Source: Chiloscyllium plagiosum
Lineage: Eukaryota
DNA: 44,676 nt
Assembly (NCBI RefSeq): GCF_004010195.1
Contig: NC_057719.1
Coordinates: 13,129,302 to 13,173,977, forward strand
Direction of reading: 5' to 3'
Part shown: one piece after another, positions 35,181 through 44,676 of the stretch
How positions within the stretch are numbered: position 1 is the stretch's first letter
Layout: every line of letters starts with the position of its first letter
Translations under genes and position numbers: made by a program
Notes under the pieces: generated by a model
Told to the model about the DNA's origin: nothing
The model's input: only the letters and a program-made list of their open reading frames with translations
The model's database searches: none

Positions 35181-35445
35181 GCGTTCACACCCATTTCTCC
35201 TAGCATCTTATTTTCAGATGCATTCACAGGATTTTCCCAGAACAATTCCTTGGGTCTCTGGCTATGACTTAATTATCATTACAGAGATGTGGGTGACAGG
35301 GTGTTTGGGTACTGAACAGCCAAGGATATTACCAGTTGAGTGATGTTATCACTGTGCCACTGTCTTTCCTTAAATTGTTCCATTTCTATCAGTAAAATCA
35401 CTCTGATTAACATGTATTGATGAAAATAGCACCCATTAATATTGT

Positions 35446-35880
35446 GATTAGAGTGGGGTGCCGGAATAGCACAGCAGGTCAGGCAACATCTGAGGAACAG
35501 GAAAATCGATGTTTCAGGCAAAAACCCTTCATCGGGAATCGAGAGAGGAGGAGAACTTCTTCAAGGTAGGCATCTTTGGAAGAGGATTCGCAATAAGGTT
35601 AAAATCAACTAGGAGAAAGTGAGGACTGCAGATGCTGAAGATCAGAGCCAAGATTAGAGTGGTGCTGGAAAAGCACAGCAGGTCAGGCAGCATCCAAGGA
35701 GCAGGAGAATTGACGTTTCGGGCAAAAGCCCTTCATCAGGAATTCATTCATTCCTGATGAAGGGCTCCTGCCCGAAATGCCGATTTTCTTGCTCCTCAGA
35801 TGCTGCCTGACCTGCTGTGGTTTTCCAGCACCACTCTAATCTTGACTCTGATCTTCAGCATCTGCAGTCCTCACTTTCAT
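35446..35880. mobile_element. Composite PLE insertion: pLTR, 70-bp spacer, full fold-back pLTR pair
   Basis: Arms ~35615-35742 and ~35750-35878 are inverted; TSD CCATTA(A/G)TATTGT at 35433-35445 and 35881-35893. Confidence 0.88.
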
Positions 35881-36669
35881 CCATTAGTATTGTACCAATC
35901 TAATTTCCACATAGCAACACTGCCCTGAACCTGTAGTTTGTCACTTATCCTCTTCGCACAGCTGCCCCTGGGTATCCTTGTACAATGGGTAGTTCTCAAA
36001 ATGGAATCTGTTGGGTCTAGTAAGAAATAGGAGCAGTAGTAGGCCATTTGACTCCTTGAGCCTGTTCCTTCATTCAGTTGGGGTGCTCCCACATTGAGAC
36101 TTGTTTGCACTTCTCCTAAGTTGCCCCCCACCATTCGCTGTGGAGGCTGCCTGCAGTTTAGGGTACTCCATTCGGACTTTTCCTAATAGCACCGGTTTCC
36201 AGGCGGTGGCCAGTTACCAGGTGGGACCCAGAGGCCATCAGGGTCAGGACGCAGAAATAGCCCACCCTGTTTTAAAATCTGAGGTGCTAAAATTCAGCCC
36301 TGAGAAACTCGGCTGGGTTTGGTGTTGGTCCTGAAAGACGTTGCAGAGAATATGACGTTTAAGTGAATATTTCTTTACAGAGCTGGATTCTCATCTGTTT
36401 ATAGGGAGTTAATCTTTCACGATTAAAATGGGAACTTGCTTTAAATATTTAAATGTGATGAGGTGGTTGTTGATTCTAACTTGACCAATAGCTATTTGTG
36501 TTGGATGTGAACTGACTGGGGAGGGAGGACATAAATAGACAATCAGTGTTGGTATTATAAACACTCCTTAAAATCTGGTTTGCTGGATCTGTTTAATCAG
36601 ATGACAACAGGGATCTTCTGCTGCTCCCCCCAGTGTCTTGACTTTGTTGGGAGGCTTATTCAGTCACAC

Positions 36670-36864
36670 TAGGAGAAAGTGAGGACTGCAGATGCTGGAG
36701 ATCAGAGCTGAAAATGTGTTGCTGGAAAAGCGCAGCAGGTCAGGCAGCATCCAAGGAGCAGGAGAATCGACGTGTCGGGCATAAGCCCTTCTTCAGGAAA
36801 TGTCGATTCTCCTGCTCCTTGGATGCTGCCTGAGCTGCTGCGCTTTTCCAGCAACACATTTTCA
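36670..36864. mobile_element. Fold-back PLE micro-insertion
   Basis: TSD GCTTATTCAGTC(A/T)CAC at 36654-36669 and 36865-36880; same start TAGGAGAAAGTGAGGACTGCAG as the 19694 element. Confidence 0.88.
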
Positions 36865-36929
36865 GCTTATTCAGTCTCACAGCAGGGTGAGGTTTGAGGA
36901 TCTCGATGCTGTCCTGCCTTCATCCTGAT

Positions 36930-37158
36930 TCAGTGCATGTCTGAGGTCCTTCTGCCAAAGTTAAATGGGGTCTGTTCAGTTATCGGATCCTCCCAGGGCC
37001 TCAAATCATGTAAATCTGGTCTTCTTCAACAAAGAGATACTGTACAGAACCGAACTGTGTTTGTGACTATATTATATATATAATATATAAAACACACACA
37101 TATAAATATATAGACTTTTTTTATGAATAAACTATATTTTGAAATAAGAAGAAAAAGC
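36930..37158 (+). mobile_element. Probable Tx1/L1 3' UTR remnant with A-rich tail
   Basis: Ends TTTTATGAATAAACTATATTTTGAAATAAGAAGAAAAA, similar in form to the end of the 290-1170 element. Confidence 0.5.
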
Positions 37159-37304
37159 AAAGAGGCTCAATGAGGCTGCTCCTCCCTCATTCCAAATGAT
37201 TGAGGGCCCTAAGCAGATATACAATGTCCAGTTACAGATTCCATCCTGCCAACACTTAATATTGTGCCAAATATTTATTAGTCAACAGCAAAGTGAAAGA
37301 AAAT

Positions 37305-37425
37305 CTGTGTGCTATGTGCAAATTGGCTCCCATGTTTCCTACATTACAAATACTTGACTGAATGTAAAGTGTTTTAAGGTGTCTGGCAGTTATGAAAAAT
37401 GACGTATAAGTTCAAATCTGTTCTC
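37305..37425 (+). mobile_element. L2-type 3' tail fragment (LINE or DeuSINE-like)
   Basis: GTGCAAATTGGCTCCCATGTTTCCTACATTACAA...TGTAAAGTGTTTT...TATAAGTTCAAAT resembles L2-derived tails (from recall). Confidence 0.5.
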
Positions 37426-37739
37426 CCAGGTCCCATTATTTAATACTGTTATGTTTTCATAAATGAGGCTAGGGAGGTTTCCACTGAAGGAAAGCAGTGA
37501 ACCAGTTGAGTTTTAATGATGCCTTCATGGTAACTTTCACAGATAACTTTTTTGAAAATTCCAGACTCTTAAAAGTGAATTCAAGTTCTTCTTGTGGTTT
37601 TGAATCTCATGTTTCATTGGAATAAAGGTCAAGGACTTTGGATTACTAGTTCAGCAAGAAACTACTGGGCTCCTTTACAAACATATAGAGGACAACAGGA
37701 CTATATGGTCCATAGCAGAACAAGGTTAAGGGGACTAAG

Positions 37740-38222
37740 TTGATGTTGTGAAACTTGAAAGGGTTCAGAAAAGATTTGCAAAGATATTTCTAGAGTTGGA
37801 GGATTAGAGCTACAGGGAGAGGCTGATTCGACTGGGGCTGTTTTCCTTGGAGCATTGGAGGCTGAAGGATGGCCATATAAAGCATTATAAATCATGAAGG
37901 ACATGCATAGGATAAATAGACAAGGTCTCTTCTGTGGAGTAGGGGAGTCTAGAATTAGAGGGCATTGGTTCAGGGTGAAAGACAAAAGGGACCTAAGGGA
38001 CAGCTTTTTCACACAGAGGGTGGTACGTGTTTGGAATGACTGCCAGAGGATGTGGAGAAGGCTGGAACAATTACAACATTTAAAAGGCATTTGGATGGGT
38101 ATATGACTTAGAAGGATATGGGCCAAATGGTACTAGGTTAATTTAGGGTATCTGGTCAGCGTAGACAAGTTGGACCGAAGGGTCTGTCTGTTTCCATGCT
38201 GTACATCTCTGTGACTCTATGA
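37740..38222 (+). mobile_element. CR1/HER1-type LINE 3' end
   Basis: SRIRGHWFRVKDKRDLRDSFFTQRVVRVWN (37894 ORF); homologous to 6380-6886. Confidence 0.9.
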
Positions 38223-38487
38223 ATCTAAGTTGCACAATGAAACTAAACCAAAAAGATTGAGATTCCTGCTCATGTGACAATAAAAAGGTTGGCTTTGATT
38301 TAGGTCCATAAAACCCATGAAATAAACTACATTAACGTAGTTGAGACAAAAAGGCTTGCAATATTGAACAAGTAAATGCTAAAATGTCTCTGGATATATG
38401 AATACCAGACTGAAAAAAGACTGAAGGGTTGACTTATGTCCATAATAACTCACCATGACCATGGCTGATGCCCCCCAAACTATTTGA

Positions 38488-39518
38488 TTCTGGATTAGTG
38501 GTGCTGGAAGAACACAGCAGTTCAGGCAGCATCCAAGGAGCAGTAAAATCGAAGTTTCGGGCAAAAGCCCTTCATCAGGAATAAAGGCAGAGAGCCTGAA
38601 GTGTGGAGAGATAAGCTAGAGGAGGGTGGGGGTGGGGAGAGAGTAGCATAGAGTACAATANNNNNNNNNNNNNNNNNNNNNNNNNNNNNNNNNNNNNNNN
38701 NNNNNNNNNNNNNNNNNNNNNNNNNNNNNNNNNNNNNNNNNNNNNNNNNNNNNNNNNNNNNNNNNNNNNNNNNNNNNNNNNNNNNNNNNNNNNNNNNNNN
38801 NNNNNNNNNNNNNNNNNNNNNNNNNNNNNNNNNNNNNNNNNNNNNNNNNNNNNNNNNNNNNNNNNNNNNNNNNNNNNNNNNNNNNNNNNNNNNNNNNNNN
38901 NNNNNNNNNNNNNNNNNNNNNNNNNNNNNNNNNNNNNNNNNNNNNNNNNNNNNNNNNNNNNNNNNNNNNNNNNNNNNNNNNNNNNNNNNNNNNNNNNNNN
39001 NNNNNNNNNNNNNNNNNNNNNNNNNNNNNNNNNNNNNNNNNNNNNNNNNNNNNNNNNNNNNNNNNNNNNNNNNNNNNNNNNNNNNNNNNNNNNNNNNNNN
39101 NNNNNNNNNNNNNNNNNNNNNNNNNNNNNNNNNNNNNNNNNNNNNNNNNNNNNNNNNNNNNNNNNNNNNNNNNNNNNNNNNNNNNNNNNNNNNNNNNNNN
39201 NNNNNNNNNNNNNNNNNNNNNNNNNNNNNNNNNNNNNNNNNNNNNNNNNNNNNNNNNNNNNNNNNNNNNNNNNNNNNNNNNNNNNNNNNNNNNNNNNNNN
39301 NNNNNNNNCACCTATTGTACTCTATGCTACTTTCTCCCCCCCCCACCCTCCTCTAGCTTATCTCTCCACGCTTCAGGCTCACTGCCTTTATTCCTGATGA
39401 AGGGCTTTTGCCCGAAACGTCGATTTACTGCTCCTCGGATGCTGCTTGAACTGCTATGCTCTTCCAGCACCACTAATCCAGAATCTGGTTTCCAGCATCT
39501 GCAGTCATTGTTTTTACC
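38488..39518. mobile_element. Penelope-like element with inverted terminal repeats around an N gap (38661-39308)
   Basis: 38488-38660 is the reverse complement of ~39314-39484; flanking CCCA(A/C)ACTATTTGA at 38474-38487 and 39517-39530. Confidence 0.85.
39394..39421 (+). ncRNA. Minimal hammerhead ribozyme core in PLE repeat
   Basis: CUGAUGA-A-GGGC-UUUU-GCCC-GAAAC-GUC, all core nucleotides intact; equivalent intact cores at 9080-9107 (-), 19791-19818 (-), 25724-25751 (+) and 35712-35739 (-). Confidence 0.6.
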
Positions 39519-39924
39519 CACACTATTTGAGCCATGCCCTGAAAGCCAGCAGTGCAGCAACATCAGATGCAGGTGATTTACTGTTGGTGCCTGTTGTGCT
39601 TGTATTCAGAACAAACACTTCACGGTGTGACAGTCAGAAGAAACATTCTGAATGTCCTCGGAGGCACCACGCTTGCAAACTGCATTAAGCAGCATCGTTC
39701 TGTCAGATATTCTTGCAGACAATGCCAACCCCCGATTCATGTATGGGGTGCTCCTGATGTGGAGAAAATGAATTCATTTTCTCAGAGGTCGCCAAAGTCC
39801 CACAGGTAGAGATCAGAATTGGGACAGAGTATTTTCTGTAGGAAGCTAAAACCTGTAATAGACAGTTAAGCTGCCTTTAATTTTCCTGATACTTCAGTCC
39901 ATGCCCCACAACTGCCGTTTCTTA

Positions 39925-40740
39925 TGGGATGTGTGCATTGCTGATTAGGCCAGCATTTATTGTCTATCCCCCAACTGTCCTTGAGAAGCTGTTGATAAGC
40001 TTTCATCTTCAACTATTACAGACTGTGTGGGAAGTATACCCACAGTGCTGTTAGTGGGGGAGTTCTAGGATTTTGACCCAGCGACCCTGAAGGAATGGTG
40101 ATATGTTTTCAAGTCACAATGGTTTATCACTTGGAGGGGAGCCTGCAAGTTAAGAAAAAAATTTACAAGCACGTTGCCAGGGTTGGAGGATTTGAACTAT
40201 AGGGAGAGGCTGAACAGGCTGGGGCTGTTTTCCCTGGAGCGTCGGAGGCTAAAGGGTAACCTTTTAGGTGTTTATAAAATCATGAGGGGCATAGGTAGGG
40301 TGATTACATAAGATTTTCTCCCCAAGGTAGGGGAGTCCAAAACTAGAGGGCATAGGATGAAGGTGAGAGGGGAAAGATTTAAAAGGGACCTAAGGGGCAA
40401 CTTTTTCACAAAGTGGGTGGTGCATGTATGGAATGAACTGCCAGAAGAGGTAATGGAGGCTGGTACATTACAACATTTAAAAGGCATCTGGATAGGGATA
40501 TGAATAGGAAGGGTTTAGGAGGATCTAGGCCGAATGTTGGCAAATGGGACTAGATTAATTTTGGATATCTGGTGAGAACGGATGTTTCCATGCTGTTCAA
40601 CTCTATGACTCTATGCTGGTATTTCTGAGTGGTAGAAGTCACAGGTTCAGAAAGCACTGTCTAATGTTCCTTGGTGTGATTCAGCAGTGTATCTTCGAGG
40701 CGGTAGTGTGTGTCAGCTGTGGAGTGAGTGAGTGTTGAAG
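39925..40740 (-). mobile_element. Second-family LINE 3' end interrupted by a CR1 (40160-40614, +)
   Basis: 39925-40150 is homologous to 15225-15460 and appears to resume near 40615; the nested piece matches 6410-6886. Confidence 0.75.
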
Positions 40741-41559
40741 ATAGTGCTTTGGAGGAAAAGTAAATCAGTGAGATCATGACCAGTTCCAGAGATAATGATG
40801 CTACTGATGTTTATAGAACTATAGAAAAGTTGAGTAGGGAATTAGGAGATCGTGCAGAATGAGCTGAAATTGGCTGTATGTCGGAGTGTTGCATTCAAAA
40901 CATTAATCTCGTTCCCTTTTAAATGTCATGCTTAAGTCAGCATCTATAGGCACTAGAGATAGTGCATTGCAGATTCCAAAATCATTCACGTGGAATTACT
41001 TCTTCCAGCCTTTCCCTTTTGGATTATTTTATGGAAACATATTTCCCTTGTTACCAATATGTCAAAGAATGGAAATAATCTTTAAGCATTTCTAATAATT
41101 TCCTACCTTAGCCTCCAGTGAATATTGACCTGGCTTTTTAACATGTCTCTTAATAATTATATCCTCGTAACTCTCAGATTACCTGAGTAAATTCCACTGT
41201 CTTTCTTTTGCCGCTGTCTTGCTGGAATCTTGTTGACAATGGAATATTTAGACTTATACATAGTACGGTCAATTCTTTTGTAAGGCTTCACTGTTATCTG
41301 GTTGGTGTGTATTTTTGCCTCTTCAAGTAAAACCTTGAAGCTGATTTCTCCCTTTTCGAGCTTTATTTACCCTCATTTGGCTTTTTCAGTCTTGGTGATC
41401 TCTACCTTCTTTTGTGGAGTTACGCGTTCAATTTTTCACCCTGCCCTTTTCTCCAAAATTAGACTTCACTCATTTGATGTTCCTTGGGAAGGGAAATCAG
41501 TGAAACAAGACTCCAGCTCCAGAAGACGGACTTATGAGGAAAGATTCTTGGAATTATCC

Positions 41560-42892
41560 ACCACTAATGAGGCGGATGTGAACTGGTTTGGAGGAATCAG
41601 CACTCTTCTGTGTTGGACAATACTTGGATGAAGCACTGAGGGTGGCGAGGGGTGCAGAATGTACTCTGGCTGGGGGAATTTCACTGTCCATCGACAGGAG
41701 GGGTTTAGAAGCACCACAACTGATTGAGCTGGTCAGGTCCTGAAGGCAATGGGTGAAGGAACCAAGGAGAGGGAAAAGCATACTTGACGTCATCCTCAGC
41801 GACCTGCCTTTCATGGATACATCATTCCCATGACAGCACTGGGTAACTGTGACCAGCACACAATCCTTTTGGAGACAAAGTCCCGTCTTCACATTGAGGA
41901 TACCCTCCAGTATCATTTTGTGAGCAGGAGCAGCCCTCGAACATGCTCCTTTATTTCACATCCGACAGAGATTTTTCTGAACAACCACTCACTTCATCTA
42001 CTGTGTCCATTGCTCTTGATATGGTCTCCTCTACATCGGGGAGACAGAACGCCAAATTGCGGAGCATTTCACGGAACATCTCTGGGATAGATGCACCCAT
42101 CAGTCCTGTGGCCCTCTGACTCTCCAGCATCCTCTATTCCTTTAGCAATAAATGCCAAAATTCCATTTGCCTCCCTAACTATTTCTGTAGCTTCTTACTA
42201 GTTTCTGTGAGGACACCCAGATCCCTCTGCTCTGAAGCACTCTGAAATTTCTCTCCATTTACATAATAGGTTTCCTTTCTATCCCTCTGACCAAAGTGGA
42301 TAGCCTTGCAGTAGCAGCTCAAGTTTGGACATACATGAGGGCCATCAGTGGCAACACAATCATACTCCGACATAGTCTGTAACTGCGTGGCCTGGTATAT
42401 CCCCATTTGGCCAGATCTAGTCCATTTCATAACCAGTACATGTGATCTAACCTTTGCAGGCCTGCTATACCAGGTTGTGATTGGTGGTTAACAATTAAAC
42501 AATTCACTAGAGGAGGAGTCTCGACACTTATCCTCATCCACAATGATAAGGGAGCACAACACAGCAGGGCTAAAGATAAGGTTGAAGCAATGGCAGCCAT
42601 CATCAGCTAGAAGCGCCAAGTGGATCTATCTCGGCTCCTCCATATAACCACAGTATCACAGATATCAGTCTTCAGCCAATTTGATTCACTCCATATGGTT
42701 GGATTCACTCCATGAAATGGTTGGATGCACTGGATACTGCAAAGGCAATGGGCCCTGATAACATTCTGGCAACAGCACTAAAGACTTGTGCTCCAGAACT
42801 TGCTGCTCCCCTAGCCAAGCTGTTCCAGTGCAGTTACAACACTGGCATCTACCAGACAATGTGGAAATTTGCCCAGGTACATCCTGTACATA
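41560..42892 (+). mobile_element. Decayed CR1/L2-group LINE (endonuclease and RT start) with nested inserts
   Basis: GEF.VH and ILDVILSD segments (~41672-41800); KAMGPDNILATALKTCAPELAAPLAKLFQCSYNTGIYQTMWKFAQVHPVH (42712 ORF). Confidence 0.75.
41954..42110 (+). pseudogene. PLE GIY-YIG endonuclease fragment with stops
   Basis: Translates FHIRQRFF*TTTHFIYCVHCS*YGLLYIGETERQIAEHFTEHLWD (IY..C..C..YIGET.R....R..EH pattern). Confidence 0.8.
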
Positions 42893-42894
42893 AC

Positions 42895-44375
42895 ACATTT
42901 ACTCACATTTGGAAAAAATAGACTTATCAGCGACAGGCAACATGGCTTTGTGCAGGGGAGGTTGTGTCTCACAAACTTGATTGAATGTTTGAAGGAAGTG
43001 ACAAAGATGATTGATGAGGGCAGGGCACTGGATGTTGTCTGCATGGACTTTAGTAAGGCCTTTACAAGGTCCCTCATGGCTGGCTGATACAAAAGGTGAA
43101 GACACAGTGGGAGCCATGATGAGCTGGTAACATTTGATACACAACTGGCTTAGTCATTGAAGTTAAAAAGTTACACAACACCAGGTTATAGTCCAACAGG
43201 TTTATTTGGAAGCACTAGCCTTTGGAACACTGCTCCTTACCTGATAAAGGAGCAGCGCTCCAAAAGCTAGTGCTTCCAAATAAACCTGTTGGATTATAAT
43301 CTGGTGTTGTGTGATTTTTAACTTTGTCCACCCCAGTCCAACACCGGCACCTCCAAATCTTGGTCATAGAAGACAGACAGGTAGCGGTGAAAGGATGTTT
43401 TTCTGACTAGTAATGTTCTGTAGGGTCAGTGCTGGGACCCATTGTTTGTTGTATATAGATATATAAATGATTTGGAGGAGAATGTAGATGGCCTGATGAG
43501 TACGTTTTACACAAAGATCGGGGGAGCTGTGGATAGTGAGGAGGATTCCCAGAGGATACAGCAGGAGACAAATAGATTAGAGTGTTGGGTGGAGAAATGA
43601 CTGATGGAGTTTAATCTGGGCAAATGTGAGGTGATACAGAAATCTAATGTAGGAGGGAAGTACACAGTAAATGGTGGAACATTTAGAAGCGTTAACAGAG
43701 AGGCATCGAGGATTACCAGTCCATAGTTCCCTGAAAGTTGCCACACCAGGTGGTCAAGAAGGCGTGTGGCATGTTTACCTTCATCAGTGAGGACATAGAC
43801 TATAAACATTGGCAAGTCATGTTACAGCTGTATAGCACTTCCTTTTGGCCGCATTGGAATTTTGTGTACAGTTCGGGTCACCACACTCCCAGAAGGATGT
43901 GGAAGCTTTGGAGAGGGTACAGAAACAGTTTATCAGGATGTTGACTGGATTGGAGGGTAGTAGCTATTAGGAGAGATTGGACAAACTTGATTTGTTTGCA
44001 TTTGAGCATTGAAGGATGAGGGGTGACCTGATAGAAATTTACAAAATCATGAGAGACATAAATAGAATGGAGAGTGGGACAATTGTTAGTAGTGTAGAAA
44101 ATGTCAATTACTTGGGGACATAAATTTAAGGTTAAAAGAGATGTGTGAGGCAATATTTTTTACAGAGAAGGTAGTAAGCGCCTAGAATACACTTCAAGAG
44201 AGTTGGTGGAGGCAGATTCAATAGCAATGTTTAAGAGGCACCTTGACAGATATATCATAGGAAGGGAATAGAGGGGTACAGAGCACATAGAAGCAAATAG
44301 ATTTTAGTTTACAAATGCATCATGTGTTAGCACAGACTTGGTGAGCCCAGGGGCCTGTATCTGTGTTATTCGCTC
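42895..44375 (+). mobile_element. CR1/HER1-type LINE (RT to 3' tail)
   Basis: RQHGFVQGRLCLTNLIE..DEGRALDVVCMDFSKAF (42869 ORF), GSVLGP at ~43423, tail GGGCCTGTATCTGTG. Confidence 0.9.
43160..43358. mobile_element. Fold-back micro-insertion from a second PLE family
   Basis: Arms ~43160-43238 and ~43247-43324 are inverted; decayed core CTGATAA-AGGAGCAGCGCTCC-AAAAGCTA; TSD CTT(A/G)GTCAT(T/A)GAAG at 43149-43162 and 43359-43372. Confidence 0.8.
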
Positions 44376-44428
44376 TTAAATGAACTGTAACAATTAAAGA
44401 ATGCAGCTGAACTCTGCCTCCTTTGTTC

Positions 44429-44676
44429 ATCCCACTCAGACCCATAGTATCACTACCAGGGACACCATCACACAAACTGGCTAAAGAACTACAGCAGAAA
44501 CTGAAACACCTGATCAGCGGATCCAGACAATCTGTACAATCAATGCAGGAATTCTTGGACATCATCAGAAATATACACATAGACAAGGAATAAACTATGG
44601 TCTCATTCGACGTAACGGCACTGTTCACGTCTATTGACAAAGCCCTAGCCAGAGAAACAATAGCCAAACTGCTGGA
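44429..44676 (+). pseudogene. Penelope-like reverse transcriptase fragment, runs off the window
   Basis: IPLRPIVSLPGTPSHKLAKELQQKLKHL...IDKE*TMVSFDVTALFTSIDK (PLE RT motif 2 and motif A); in-frame TAA at 44591-44593. Confidence 0.9.

Noticed and set aside
36100..36305. Possible DNA-transposon/MITE remnant ending TAAAATTCAGCCC (similar vague remnants at 4260-4490 and 5270-5640)
   Set aside because: No matching second terminal inverted repeat or TSD could be identified.
39552..39809. 85-aa ORF or possible exon in unique sequence
   Set aside because: No recognisable homology and only a weak donor (GTAGAG); unsupported without transcripts.

Overview
Vertebrate, repeat-saturated, apparently non-genic (intergenic or intronic) DNA. 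The repeat repertoire (HE1-type tRNA-derived SINEs, CR1/HER1-type LINEs, Penelope-like elements) points to an elasmobranch (shark). I found no host protein-coding exon, rRNA, true tRNA or CRISPR. The recognisable ORFs in the track are transposon fragments; the rest span N gaps or simple repeats or match nothing I recognise. Contents: many decayed CR1-group LINEs, often nested; 6 HE1-like SINEs; several copies of a second SINE; 3 solo LTRs with 4-bp TSDs; Tx1/L1 and Rex1/Babar remnants; more than 15 Penelope (PLE) fragments; and 3 N gaps, all inside PLEs. Most notable: (1) a ~2.2-kb insertion (20301-22506) made of a 32-copy 54/59-bp VNTR plus a LINE-type 3' tail, sitting inside a CR1 3' end, which is a candidate SVA-like VNTR retroposon whose units each carry a consensus splice donor and a CSL-type motif; (2) hammerhead-ribozyme cores in the PLE terminal repeats, several inside short fold-back insertions with 13-19 bp target duplications (66 bp in one non-fold-back case); (3) a perfect 107-bp-arm palindrome at 26265-26479; (4) repeat-free islands with enhancer-like motif clusters. 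Family names come from recall of consensus features, not database searches, and boundaries of decayed elements are approximate.
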